The notes under the pieces: model-generated
What the model was told of the DNA's origin: nothing
The model's input: the letters and a program-made list of their open reading frames with translations, nothing else
Databases searched by the model: none
Source of the DNA: a virus
Direction: 5' to 3' (one strand)
Virus genome (UHGV): UHGV-0213559
Length of the DNA stretch: 43,138 nucleotides
In this document: positions 26,930-36,376 of the stretch, in pieces
How positions within the stretch are numbered: position 1 is the first letter of the stretch
Layout of the letters: each line of letters starts with the position of its first letter
Program-made: the position numbers and the translations under genes

Positions 26930-29183
26930 TAACAAACCATGGGGAGCTACGCCCGATGAGTGGTTCCACTTCGATCTGGTGTTGGGGATGACAGACAGGC
27001 TTTTACCTGTGGTGTCCAATCCCTGTGCAGAACTGTCGCCTAATAGCAAGCTGTCTCATAATTTCGGCAAAACTCCCAGTCGCTACAATGGCCAACGTAA
27101 GGTTGTTGGTATCCCCGACTGGGCTAACTATGTTGTTACGGAAAACGATTTTGCCCGGTGGTCGAACGAACCCGATTACGGTATTTGCGTTCGTACTGGC
27201 GACGGGGTGGTGGCTCTGGACTGCGATATCAATGACGCCGGGATGCAGGAGATCGTTCGCAATATTATCCTGTCATGCCTGGGGGAACTTCCGCCACGTC
27301 GCTGGCGGGCTGACAGTCATAAATGCCTGTACCTGATTGCTGTTGATGGCGACTACCGTAAACGTGGTCACCGCCTGGAAGGCGAAAACAAACAAATAGA
27401 GCTGCTCGCTAAGGGCCAGCAGTTTGTGGCTTGTGGTACCCATCCGGCAGGCGAACGTATTCAGTGGGACTGCGGTTTGCCCGGCGAACCTCTGAAAATT
27501 ACATCTGAACAGCTCGAAAGCCTGTGGCAGCGTCTGGCGGATAACTTACCCGTGAAAGACAGCTATACCGCAGGTGCGGGACGTCAGCGTGACCTTTCCT
27601 GTGTTGATCCTTCCGCGACAGATGATGTCGCCGACTGGCTTGACGCGAACGGGTGGACTCTGTCAGTCAGCTCTGATGGTTCCCGCAATCTGAAACCGTT
27701 TCGGGATGAGTCAGAATACAGCAACGGTTGCAGCGAAACATCCATTAAGTATTTCCCAAAAGGGACGGGGGGATTTGAACAGGGACATTTTAAAAGCATG
27801 CACAACACCGATGCGGGGCTTACTGATGCCGACTGGCTGGAAGGCTACGGCTATACGCAATCCCTGTTCGAAGATCTCACGGTGGCTGAAGATGGCGATA
27901 AGCCTGAATTTACCGATATTAATACAGATATGACAGCTCATTTTCTGGAACGCTTTATCTACGTCATCGAGGGTGACCAGGTATGTGATCTTAGCCGACC
28001 GCCATATCAGTGCATGATGGATATGAAGTCGTTCAAAAACCTGATGGCGCCTTACCAGTTCCCGCCAGAAGGGAAAGGGCAACCAACTCCCGCAACCAAA
28101 CGGTGGATAGAGCATCGGCATAAGAAGATTGCTGAGACGACAGGCTATAAGCCCGGTGCGGGACGTATTATCGAGCGTTTCGACGGGCGGTTTGAGATAA
28201 ACGAATTTTATATGCCTGAGCATCCACGTACAGCGGATACAAGTAAGGTGTCCACGTTCCTTAATCATATGGCGTATCTGGTACCTGATGCCTGGCAGCG
28301 CGAGTTTTTCATCGCCCGTCTGGGGTGGATGGTTCAGCGTCCGGAGCGTCGATGCCCGATTTCTATTCTGCATGTGGCTACCGCACATGGTACGGGCAGA
28401 GGATGGGTCAGCCAGTTAATGGAGCGCGTGCTTGGTCCGTGGAACTGTGCTCGTACTCGCATGAAGATCCTGTGCGATAACCAGTTCCATGACTATCTGT
28501 ACAATACGCTTCTATGCACCATTGACGAGGTGCGCGAAAACGATAAGCGGTATGAGGTGAACGATAAAATCCGCGATGTGCTGACAGAACCACGGTTTGA
28601 AGTGAACCGCAAATATGGCAGTAAAAAAACGATGGATATATACACTGGCTTTCTGTTCTACACCAATCACTTTGATGCGCTGGCGCTGCCAGAGGAAGAC
28701 CGACGTATCGCTGTGCTGGGGGGCCCTGACTTCGCCGCAACTGAAGAGCATTACGCCAGCCTGTATGGCGCGCTAAGCGACAGCGACTTTATAGCCCAGG
28801 TGTACTGGTATCTGATGGGCGTTGACCTGTCTCGCTTTAACTGGCAGCGCGCACCCGAGACGAAAGAACGTCTTCTGATGATTGAAAGCAATAAGAGCGA
28901 TGTGGAGGCTGCTCTTATTGAAATCCTGGATAATCCGCCTGTGCCAGCAATGACTTATCAACAAATTGTTAACGCAATACTGGCAGAAGCAGGAATGGAT
29001 GTAGAAATTAACCAGAAGCATATTACTCGCGTTTTGAAAGAAAGAACAAAACGTGAAGCAGTGAAACTAAAAGTGGACGGCATGACTGTTCGCATGTGGT
29101 TACTTGTAAAAAATACCGATTTCAGCAACGAAGAATTGCGTGAAATATATAAAAATTGCGAAATTTTGCAATCTGGATTGTAA
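26922..29183 (+). CDS. primase-helicase (primase-polymerase-like N-terminus, D5/P4-type NTPase C-terminus)
   Basis: 753-aa ORF directly followed by an iteron-rich origin-like region; family assignment from size, position and overall composition. Confidence 0.65.
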   Translation: MSDNKPWGATPDEWFHFDLVLGMTDRLLPVVSNPCAELSPNSKLSHNFGKTPSRYNGQRKVVGIPDWANYVVTENDFARWSNEPDYGICVRTGDGVVALDCDINDAGMQEIVRNIILSCLGELPPRRWRADSHKCLYLIAVDGDYRKRGHRLEGENKQIELLAKGQQFVACGTHPAGERIQWDCGLPGEPLKITSEQLESLWQRLADNLPVKDSYTAGAGRQRDLSCVDPSATDDVADWLDANGWTLSVSSDGSRNLKPFRDESEYSNGCSETSIKYFPKGTGGFEQGHFKSMHNTDAGLTDADWLEGYGYTQSLFEDLTVAEDGDKPEFTDINTDMTAHFLERFIYVIEGDQVCDLSRPPYQCMMDMKSFKNLMAPYQFPPEGKGQPTPATKRWIEHRHKKIAETTGYKPGAGRIIERFDGRFEINEFYMPEHPRTADTSKVSTFLNHMAYLVPDAWQREFFIARLGWMVQRPERRCPISILHVATAHGTGRGWVSQLMERVLGPWNCARTRMKILCDNQFHDYLYNTLLCTIDEVRENDKRYEVNDKIRDVLTEPRFEVNRKYGSKKTMDIYTGFLFYTNHFDALALPEEDRRIAVLGGPDFAATEEHYASLYGALSDSDFIAQVYWYLMGVDLSRFNWQRAPETKERLLMIESNKSDVEAALIEILDNPPVPAMTYQQIVNAILAEAGMDVEINQKHITRVLKERTKREAVKLKVDGMTVRMWLLVKNTDFSNEELREIYKNCEILQSGL

Positions 29184-29480
29184 AAAGGTGGCAGTAAGGT
29201 GGCAGATAAACGACTAACTGCCACTAGGTAAAGATCAATTAAATCAATTGGAAGCGGTGAAAAGGTGGCAGGTGGCAATAGAATTTAAAACTATATACGC
29301 GAGAACTTATATTTTATGTATTATGCGATCTCTTATGTATATAGAACTAAAACTATCTGCCACCCGCCACCCAAATAGCCCGACACCTTACGTGGCGTGC
29401 GTTTCAGGAGGTGGCAGATAGCTATTTAAGTGCCACTTAACTGCCACCCGGAAATTAACTTGCAAATATTTGCAAATAAC
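29184..29480. repeat. iteron cluster / candidate replication origin
   Basis: at least eight copies of GGTGGCAG or its complement CTGCCACC in both orientations (e.g. 29187-29194, 29198-29205, 29264-29271, 29357-29364, 29410-29417, 29441-29449) around an AT-rich core. Confidence 0.55.
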
Positions 29481-29497
29481 TAGCTGGAGTAAACAAC

Positions 29498-29728
29498 ATG
29501 AAAGTTTCAGGATTAAAAAATCATATCGACGGAAATAACGAAATTACCTGCCCACGCTGCGCTAGTAACAGCGTGTTTATTCGCGATGTCGCCATGCGAG
29601 CGCATAAACACGACAAAACGGTAGTTATTGACCTCGGCTGCTCTGTTTGCGACGACAATTTCCAGCTTGTGTTATCTGACGGGCCAAACGTCAGTGTTAG
29701 CGGCCACCTGACATTCAACGAGTATTGA
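29498..29728 (+). CDS. zinc-finger small protein (76 aa)
   Basis: CPRC ... CSVC cysteine pairs; lies between the origin and the Q-like gene. Confidence 0.4.
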   Translation: MKVSGLKNHIDGNNEITCPRCASNSVFIRDVAMRAHKHDKTVVIDLGCSVCDDNFQLVLSDGPNVSVSGHLTFNEY

Positions 29729-29773
29729 GTAGTAGAAAATTTCCAAACGTAGCAAAACGTAGAGGTCAGAGCT

Positions 29774-30196
29774 ATGCGTAATATTCAACAGGTTTTAGAG
29801 CGCTGGGGTGGCTGGGCAGCGAGTGAAGGTGGTAGCGTCTACTTTCCTCCTGTTGCAGCCGGGTTTAAGAATCTGCTACCCGCGACGCAGTCTGGCAGGC
29901 TGAAATGCAGTGACAATGACGGTCTTATCATCAACTCCGCTATGAGCTGCCTGAAGAAAAAAGATCCGTATCTGTGCACGCTCCTTGAGTGGCATTACGT
30001 CCAGGCCATGCCCGTGCGGGCGATGGGTGAGAAGCTCGGCGTATCTCACACCCACATTCTGAAGAGGCTTCAGGCGGCAGAGGGATTTATTGACGGTTGC
30101 TTAGCCATGCTGGATGTGGTGCTCGAAATGGATCAGTCGGTTCAGTCAAAGCCTCAGGCTATCAGGACTTTGCGTAGGAGCTGCTCGGCGGCATAA
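29774..30196 (+). CDS. Q: Q-like late antiterminator
   Basis: N-terminus MRNIQQVLERWGGWAA... resembles lambdoid Q proteins of the phage 21 / 933W type (from memory); positioned upstream of the lysis cassette. Confidence 0.65.
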   Translation: MRNIQQVLERWGGWAASEGGSVYFPPVAAGFKNLLPATQSGRLKCSDNDGLIINSAMSCLKKKDPYLCTLLEWHYVQAMPVRAMGEKLGVSHTHILKRLQAAEGFIDGCLAMLDVVLEMDQSVQSKPQAIRTLRRSCSAA

Positions 30197-30227
30197 TATC
30201 CAGCAATCAATCACGTAAGGGAACCAG

Positions 30228-30569
30228 ATGGCTCTGATCAGCGTTCGCAACAGATTTGAAAGCTTCATGGAACAGAGGTACCCAGACCTGTCGTTGCAGG
30301 TCAAAGGTAATATTGGCGCATCAATGAAGGCTCAACTTGGCATCAGGATTGAACGAGAATTGTACAGTGAAGATGTTACTTACTGTGATTCAGCAGTTCA
30401 GTTGATGTGGACACTCTTTCAGGCAGGTGTTCTGGCCGAACGAAGAGCTACCAGCGTTACGCTTCCTGCGCTGAAGGCAAAGCCGGATAGCTTCTACGAT
30501 GCGGGTTATAACGAAGGTATTCAGGACTGTCGTAAACATCTGACGGCATCAGGCATCAAGGTAAGATAA
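30228..30569 (+). CDS. hypothetical protein (113 aa) between Q and the late terminators
   Basis: ORF-track ORF; no recognisable motif. Confidence 0.4.
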   Translation: MALISVRNRFESFMEQRYPDLSLQVKGNIGASMKAQLGIRIERELYSEDVTYCDSAVQLMWTLFQAGVLAERRATSVTLPALKAKPDSFYDAGYNEGIQDCRKHLTASGIKVR

Positions 30570-30636
30570 AAAATAGTTGTGGAATTCCAAAAAGCCGATT
30601 AGCCTGATATCTGTTGAAAACAGTTCATCACGAAGA

Positions 30637-30660
30637 GGCTCCCGCAAGGGGGCCTTTTTT
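30637..30660 (+). terminator. intrinsic terminator with GNRA tetraloop
   Basis: GGCTCCC-GCAA-GGGGGCC hairpin followed by TTTTTT. Confidence 0.65.
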
Positions 30661-30890
30661 AATGCTCTATTCTCAGTAAAAGTTAATAAAACAGGGTTTT
30701 CGTCGCGAAAAAACGCTATGCAGTTTTTGCCCTTTTTTATGCACCTTTTATTCACTCGAATTTCGTCATTCTGGACCACTTAAGTTGATTAAATAGGCCT
30801 TTCATCGCAAATCTATTGCGAGCGGTGATCGTGTGGTTCCTATAACGTACATTATGTTAAATAACCTCCTTTTTTAACAAATTTAACAAG

Positions 30891-30913
30891 GTTCGCTATG
30901 GCGAACTTTTTTT
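30891..30913 (+). terminator. intrinsic terminator (candidate tR')
   Basis: GTTCGC-TATG-GCGAAC hairpin followed by TTTTTTT, about 100 nt upstream of the holin. Confidence 0.6.
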
Positions 30914-31014
30914 GTATTCAGGGCCCACCGAAGGACGGCTCATAACCCAATCCTACGGGCGTATACGCAGGGCCCGCCTTTCAACAACACCCCGTAATGG
31001 CGGAGGTGGGAAGT

Positions 31015-31356
31015 ATGAAAATGCACAATGCTCCTCATTCCTGGCCTGACTTACTGGAACTCTTACAAAGTTGGTGGCGTGGAGATACGCCGTTGGGCGC
31101 AGTGGTTATGTCAATTGTTATGGCTGGTTTGCGCATTGCCTATTTTGGCGGTGGCGGCGGCTGGAAACGAAAAACGCTTGAGATTTTGCTCTGTGGTGCT
31201 CTGACGCTGACCTTTGCATCCGCTCTTGAGTATGTTGGATGGCCTAAATCGCTTTCTGTTGCCATTGGTGGTGGTGTTGGGCTGATCGGTGTCGATGCTA
31301 TTCGTGGGGCTGCAATGCGAGTAATCGGTAACAAGTTTGGTGGCTCTAAGGAGTAA
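31015..31356 (+). CDS. S: holin with dual-start motif (Met-Lys-Met)
   Basis: GGAGGTGGG SD 8 nt before ATG 31015; MKM start like lambda S107/S105; hydrophobic helices; ORF track starts further upstream at 30997. Confidence 0.6.
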   Translation: MKMHNAPHSWPDLLELLQSWWRGDTPLGAVVMSIVMAGLRIAYFGGGGGWKRKTLEILLCGALTLTFASALEYVGWPKSLSVAIGGGVGLIGVDAIRGAAMRVIGNKFGGSKE

Positions 31357-31359
31357 TTC

Positions 31360-31836
31360 ATGCAGACACTAAATTCCCAACGTAAAGCTTTCCTGGATAT
31401 GGTGGCATGGTCAGAAGGAACGGATAACGGGCGACAACCAACACGTAATCACGGTTATGACGTTATCGTCGGAGGTGAGTTGTTCACTGATTACTCCGAT
31501 CACCCTCGCAAACTTGTCACGCTAAACCCGAAGCTTAAATCAACAGCTGCAGGCCGGTATCAGCTTCTTTCACGCTGGTGGGATGCCTACCGCAAGCAGC
31601 TTGGCCTGAAAGATTTTTCGCCAGAAAGTCAGGACGCTGTGGCGCTGCAGCAGATTAAAGAGCGTGGCGCTTTACCGATGATTGACCGTGGCGATATTCG
31701 TCAGGCAATCGACCGTTGCAGCAATATCTGGGCGTCGTTACCTGGTGCAGGTTACGGTCAGTATGAACATAAAATCGGTGACCTGATTTCCAGGTTTAAA
31801 GATGCTGGTGGGGTGGTAAATGAAGCTGACTTATAA
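31360..31836 (+). CDS. R: endolysin, lambda R-type lytic transglycosylase
   Basis: long stretches match lambda R as recalled (QRKAFLDM.AWSEGTDNGRQ.TRNHGYDVIVGGELFTDYSDHPRKLVTLNPKLKST.AGRYQLLSRWWDAYRKQLGLKDFSP). Confidence 0.85.
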   Translation: MQTLNSQRKAFLDMVAWSEGTDNGRQPTRNHGYDVIVGGELFTDYSDHPRKLVTLNPKLKSTAAGRYQLLSRWWDAYRKQLGLKDFSPESQDAVALQQIKERGALPMIDRGDIRQAIDRCSNIWASLPGAGYGQYEHKIGDLISRFKDAGGVVNEADL

Positions 31837-32344
31837 GATTGTCATCGCGGCATTTTTCTTCTCTGCCCTTGGGGCGCTCGTCTGGTCTGCAAACCATTAC
31901 CACAGCAAGTATCAGGCAGAAAAGTTGCGGGCTGATAAAGCGGAAGGTGAAGCTGAATATCAAGGGCAAGTGATAGCTAATCAGGCATTAAACTTCAATC
32001 GTTTTAACCAGATAGCAGAAAACGCAAGCCGATTAAATTCTCTGGTCGACATCGGTCACGAGAAGACAGTCATCAAATACCGTGAGGTTCTGCTCCGTGA
32101 AAAGAACTGTGATTTCCCTGTTCCTGCTGATATTGCTGTCGGGTTGCTCAACTACGCGAACCGTTTACGCGCCAGCACATTGCACGCCGATTCCGGGGAC
32201 ATTGACTCAGCCAGTGATCGTGCCACTACCACCAGAACGTTGACATATTGCCAGGCTGTTCTGTGGATTAACCCACTGTTGGCAGCCATCGAGAAGGCGA
32301 ATAACCAGTTGGCTGGTGTCCGACAAATAGAACAGTCCCGGTAA
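31820..32344 (+). CDS. Rz: i-spanin (Rz-like)
   Basis: N-terminal transmembrane helix (IVIAAFFFSALGALVWSANHY) then charged coiled-coil-like region; overlaps the endolysin 3' end. Confidence 0.6.
   Translation: MKLTYKIVIAAFFFSALGALVWSANHYHSKYQAEKLRADKAEGEAEYQGQVIANQALNFNRFNQIAENASRLNSLVDIGHEKTVIKYREVLLREKNCDFPVPADIAVGLLNYANRLRASTLHADSGDIDSASDRATTTRTLTYCQAVLWINPLLAAIEKANNQLAGVRQIEQSR
32097..32243 (+). CDS. Rz1: o-spanin (Rz1-like lipoprotein) embedded in the +1 frame of Rz
   Basis: hand translation MKRTVISLFLLILLSGCSTTRTVYAPAHCTPIPGTLTQPVIVPLPPER; GAGG SD 8 nt upstream of a GTG start; lipobox LSGC; Pro-rich tail. Confidence 0.5.
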   Translation: MKRTVISLFLLILLSGCSTTRTVYAPAHCTPIPGTLTQPVIVPLPPER

Positions 32345-32405
32345 TAGCATTACAGAAGCTCTTCCAGGAGGGGCTTCGATAATGACCTGATAACTGGAAA
32401 ATAAA

Positions 32406-32978
32406 ATGACTAAGAAGCTGAAAGCAAAACACGAGGTGTTTTGTCGCGAGTTTCTTGTCGATCTGAATGCTACACAAGCAGCTATTCGCGCAGGCTATGC
32501 CTCCAGGCGAGCACATGTTACGGGGGCTGAACTATATGGTAAACCTGAGATACGCGCCCGCATTAACGAGCTAAAGCAGGAGCGTATTGATCAACTGGGC
32601 ATTGATGCGAATTATGTGCTAATGCGACTGGTTGAGATCGACAGGCTCGATGTGGCTGACATCCTGGAGGACGATTTAAGTATTAAGCCTCTGTCTGCGT
32701 GGCCAGAATCGTGGCGTCGGTACCTGAGTGGATTTAACCTCGCTGAAATGTTTGAGGGGCGAGGAGATGACAGAGAAATGGTCGGGCTCCTTAAAAAGAT
32801 TAAGTGGCCTGATAAGGTTAAAAACCTTGAGTTGCTTGGGCGCCATGTTTCTGTTCAGGCGTTTAAAGACAACGTCAAAAATGAAGTGACTGGCGCTGAT
32901 GGAGGACCAGTCAGAACAGAAATTACCAACTTAACGCCGGAGCAGGCTGCAGAGGCGTATAGAAAAATGATGGGGTGA
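32406..32978 (+). CDS. terS: terminase small subunit
   Basis: 190-aa ORF immediately upstream of the large terminase; N-terminal HTH-like segment. Confidence 0.6.
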   Translation: MTKKLKAKHEVFCREFLVDLNATQAAIRAGYASRRAHVTGAELYGKPEIRARINELKQERIDQLGIDANYVLMRLVEIDRLDVADILEDDLSIKPLSAWPESWRRYLSGFNLAEMFEGRGDDREMVGLLKKIKWPDKVKNLELLGRHVSVQAFKDNVKNEVTGADGGPVRTEITNLTPEQAAEAYRKMMG

Positions 32979-33003
32979 TAGCCGCATGTTGCGGCTATGT
33001 ATT

Positions 33004-33216
33004 TTAGGCTTGCTTTGGTCGAGTAATTCGGCCAAGAGCTTTAATTGCAGCGACTTTGACGTTGTGATTTAAGTCTGAAGATAAAGCAAGTAAGCGATTT
33101 ACATGAGCTGGCGTTGCTGAAGCACTCTCACCGAGAGCATAAATTGCAGACAATTTTACTTCGTTGTTAAGGTCGTTGGTTAATTCCAACAACTTAGCAC
33201 TAACTGCTGGTGTCAT
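33004..33216 (-). CDS. small HEAT/PBS-lyase-repeat-like protein (70 aa), antisense between terS and terL
   Basis: AGGAGG SD 6 nt before ATG 33216; two repeats of the pattern V-K-x-x-A-I-x-A-L-G; AT-rich. Confidence 0.35.
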   Translation of the reverse strand: MTPAVSAKLLELTNDLNNEVKLSAIYALGESASATPAHVNRLLALSSDLNHNVKVAAIKALGRITRPKQA

Positions 33217-33287
33217 AAAACCTCCTGTAATTGGTACATAAACACTATCAACTTTGTTACGCAAAAACTCAATGCTTGGAATTGTTT

Positions 33288-34910
33288 ATGCCTATTCCGT
33301 TTAAATTCGACTTCAGGAACCCTGATTACCAGATGGTTTTTGAATGGCGGATGGAACGCTTACAGCGTATTCGCCAGAACCCTGAAATATTGCCAGCACT
33401 AAAACAGTTTTACCGAACCAACCCGGCTCAGTTCATCATCGACTGGGGCATGACAACGGACCCGCGTAATATTGATTATGGCCTGCCGGTAACCATTCCG
33501 TTTTTACTCTTCCCTAAGCAGGAGGAGTGGATCCACTGGATTATGGAACGCTGGAGCAATCGGGAGAATGGTATTACCGAAAAATCCCGTGAAATGGGGC
33601 TCAGTTGGACCGCGATCGGACTGGCCTGCTCGCTCTGCCTCTTCAACAAAGAGATGGTGATCGGTTTCGGCTCCCGTAAAGAGGAATACGTCGACAGCAC
33701 CGGTGACCCGAAGGCGCTGTTCTGGAAGGCGCGCAAGTTCGTGGAAACGCTGCCCATCGAGTTTCGAGGTTCGTGGAGCGAGAAGAAGCACGCGCCATAT
33801 ATGCGTGTTGAGTTTCCTGAAACTGGTGCCGTTATCAAAGGCGAGGCTGGCGATAATATTGGTCGTGGTGACCGTACCACGCTTTATCTGGTTGATGAGG
33901 CTGCATTCCTTCAGCGTCCTCTGCTGATTGATGCGGCGTTGTCACAAACGACGCGTTGCCGTATCGACCTGAGTTCAGTTAACGGCATGGCTAACCCGTT
34001 CGCTCAGAAGCGTCATGGCGGGAAGATACCGGTATTCACATTCCACTGGCGGGATGATCCTCGCAAGGATGAAGAGTGGTATCGCAGGGAATGCGAGAAA
34101 ATCGATAATCCGGTGGTGGTGGCACAGGAACTTGATCTGAACTACAGCGCATCAGCGGAAGGCGTCCTGATTCCATCCGAATGGGTACAGGCTGCCGTTG
34201 ATGCGCATATCAAACTGGGTATCCAGCCAACAGGCAAACGACTTGGCGCGATGGATGTCGCTGATGAAGGCAGGGACAAAAATGCCTTTTCCACCCGTCA
34301 TGGCTTCCTCCTGGAAAATGTGCGGGAATGGTCTGGTGTGGGCAGCGACATTTATCAGTCCGTCGAGAAGGTCTTCGGTTTTTGCGAACAGGACAACCTC
34401 GAAGAGTTTCGCTTTGATGAGGACGGGCTGGGCGCTGGCGTTCGCGGCGATGCACGCGCTATCAACGAACTGCGTAACGCTGCGCGCCGACCGTCAATAC
34501 TCGCCACACCGTTTCGAGGTAGTGGCGCGGTATTTGATCCGGATGATGAAGCTGTTCGCGGGGACAACGGGCAAGCCGCACGTCTGAACAAGGATTTCTT
34601 CGCTAACGCCAAAGCCCAGAGCTGGTGGCGGTTACGTAAACTTTTTCAGAATACCTGGCGCGCCGTGGTTGAAGGTATGGCTTACAACCCGGACGAGATC
34701 ATCTCAATCAGCAGTAGCATGGCACTCAAAGATAAACTCATCATCGAGCTTTCGCAGCCGACCTATTCCATTAATAGTGTGGGAAAAATCGTTATTGATA
34801 AACAGCCTGATGGGACCCGGTCGCCAAACCTTGCCGACTCGGTGATGATCAACTATGCCCCAATGAATTCAGCCCTGAACATCTGGGAGCAGCTAGGGAG
34901 ACAGGCCTGA
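33288..34910 (+). CDS. terL: terminase large subunit
   Basis: about 540 aa; ATPase-like N-terminal half and nuclease-like C-terminal half; start taken at ATG 33288 (ORF track starts at TTG 33231). Confidence 0.75.
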   Translation: MPIPFKFDFRNPDYQMVFEWRMERLQRIRQNPEILPALKQFYRTNPAQFIIDWGMTTDPRNIDYGLPVTIPFLLFPKQEEWIHWIMERWSNRENGITEKSREMGLSWTAIGLACSLCLFNKEMVIGFGSRKEEYVDSTGDPKALFWKARKFVETLPIEFRGSWSEKKHAPYMRVEFPETGAVIKGEAGDNIGRGDRTTLYLVDEAAFLQRPLLIDAALSQTTRCRIDLSSVNGMANPFAQKRHGGKIPVFTFHWRDDPRKDEEWYRRECEKIDNPVVVAQELDLNYSASAEGVLIPSEWVQAAVDAHIKLGIQPTGKRLGAMDVADEGRDKNAFSTRHGFLLENVREWSGVGSDIYQSVEKVFGFCEQDNLEEFRFDEDGLGAGVRGDARAINELRNAARRPSILATPFRGSGAVFDPDDEAVRGDNGQAARLNKDFFANAKAQSWWRLRKLFQNTWRAVVEGMAYNPDEIISISSSMALKDKLIIELSQPTYSINSVGKIVIDKQPDGTRSPNLADSVMINYAPMNSALNIWEQLGRQA

Positions 34911-36376
34911 TGGCACGAAACAAACAAGCCCTGCGGCGAACTGCGCAGGCCACAGCTGATGGTTATGAGAATTTTATTGCCCGCGTAGGGATGCAGACAC
35001 CTAACCAGCACTCAGCATCCACCTACCGGGCTAATTTCACCAGTCGTAACCGCATGCTGGTGGAATGGTCCTATCGTTCATCCTGGATCATCGGCGAAGC
35101 AGTCGATGCTATCCCGGATGATATGACCCGCAAAGGCATTCGCATCACTTCGGAAATTGATGCAAAAGATCGTGGCATTCTCGAATCACAACTGGATGAG
35201 TTGCAAATCTGGGATGCGCTGAATGACGTGCTGAAATGGTCACGCCTCTACGGCGGCGCGGTGGGTTTCATCATGATTGAGGGGCAGGCACCAATGACCC
35301 CGCTGCGACCCGAAACCATCAGTAAGGGCAAGTTTAAGGGGATTCTCCCGCTCGACCGCTGGATGATTGACCCGGTACTGACCCGCCGCATTAAAGATAT
35401 GGGGCCGGACCTGGGTAAACCTGAGTTTTACGATGTGGTGACCACAGCAACGGGAATTCCTGCCTGGCGCATTCATCACAGTCGCCTGATTCGCTTTGAT
35501 GGCGTCACGCTGCCATTTCAGCAGAAGATGACCGAGAACGAATGGGGAATGTCGGTTGTAGAGCGTATCTGGGATCGTCTTACCGCGTTCGACAGCGCTA
35601 CTGTCGGCGCGGCGCAGCTGGTCTACAAGGCGCATCTGCGCACCTACAGCGTGGAGAAGCTACGCGAGCTTATCGCACTTGGTGGTCCTGCGTATGAAGC
35701 GTTGCTGAAGAATATCGACCTGATTCGACAGTTCCAGAGCAATGAAGGTATGACGCTCATGGACTCGCGGGATAAGTTTGAAACGCATCAGTACAGCTTC
35801 AGTGGTCTGGATGACATCCTATCGCAGTTTGCAGAACAGATTAGTGGCGCTGTTGGTATCCCACTGGTGCGGTTGTTCGGACAGTCCCCGAAAGGATTTT
35901 CTACCGGTGATGCAGACCTTGCCAACTATTACGACCGCATCAGTTCGCTGCAGGAGAGGCGTTTACGTCTTCCGGTGCGGCGGATACTGGACATCATGCA
36001 TCGCTCGGAACTTGGCAAGCCGCTGCCGGACGATTTCACGTTTGAGTTTAACCCGCTCTGGCAAATGTCTGATGTCGATCGCTCAACGGTGGCGTTAAAC
36101 ACCACCAACGCAATCAGTACAGCGCTGGGTGATGGTCTGATGACACTGAAAGCCGCTATGACCGATTTGCGCGAAAATTCTGACGTAACCGGCATCGGGG
36201 CATCCATTACCGACGAGGACATCGAGAATGCCGAAGACGAAGCGCCGCCCGGCATCGGCGAACCTGATGACGAACCGCAGGAACCGTCAGGCGGAAATCC
36301 GCTATCGAACCAGCCTACGCAGGATAGCGCGGGCGGTCGGGGACATCGTAAATGGTCGCTACGATGGTTCAAATGA
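34910..36376 (+). CDS. portal protein
   Basis: 488-aa ORF coupled to terL, acidic C-terminus; canonical position. Confidence 0.65.
   Translation: MARNKQALRRTAQATADGYENFIARVGMQTPNQHSASTYRANFTSRNRMLVEWSYRSSWIIGEAVDAIPDDMTRKGIRITSEIDAKDRGILESQLDELQIWDALNDVLKWSRLYGGAVGFIMIEGQAPMTPLRPETISKGKFKGILPLDRWMIDPVLTRRIKDMGPDLGKPEFYDVVTTATGIPAWRIHHSRLIRFDGVTLPFQQKMTENEWGMSVVERIWDRLTAFDSATVGAAQLVYKAHLRTYSVEKLRELIALGGPAYEALLKNIDLIRQFQSNEGMTLMDSRDKFETHQYSFSGLDDILSQFAEQISGAVGIPLVRLFGQSPKGFSTGDADLANYYDRISSLQERRLRLPVRRILDIMHRSELGKPLPDDFTFEFNPLWQMSDVDRSTVALNTTNAISTALGDGLMTLKAAMTDLRENSDVTGIGASITDEDIENAEDEAPPGIGEPDDEPQEPSGGNPLSNQPTQDSAGGRGHRKWSLRWFK

Noticed and set aside
29184-29480. Possible CRISPR array suggested by the repeated GGTGGCAG motif
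   Set aside because: Repeats are only 8-9 bp, occur in both orientations with irregular spacing, and lie next to a primase gene; this fits iterons of a replication origin, not CRISPR repeats of 28-37 bp with uniform spacers.
30228-30569. Shiga-toxin-like or other toxin cargo downstream of Q (by position analogy with Stx phages)
   Set aside because: The 113-aa protein is far too short for StxA and shows no recognisable N-glycosidase or AB5 B-subunit features; kept only as an unknown ORF.
32268-32516. Minus-strand 82-aa ORF overlapping the end of Rz and the start of terS
   Set aside because: Overlaps two well-supported plus-strand genes and has no ribosome-binding site; the real embedded gene here is the plus-strand Rz1-like lipoprotein.
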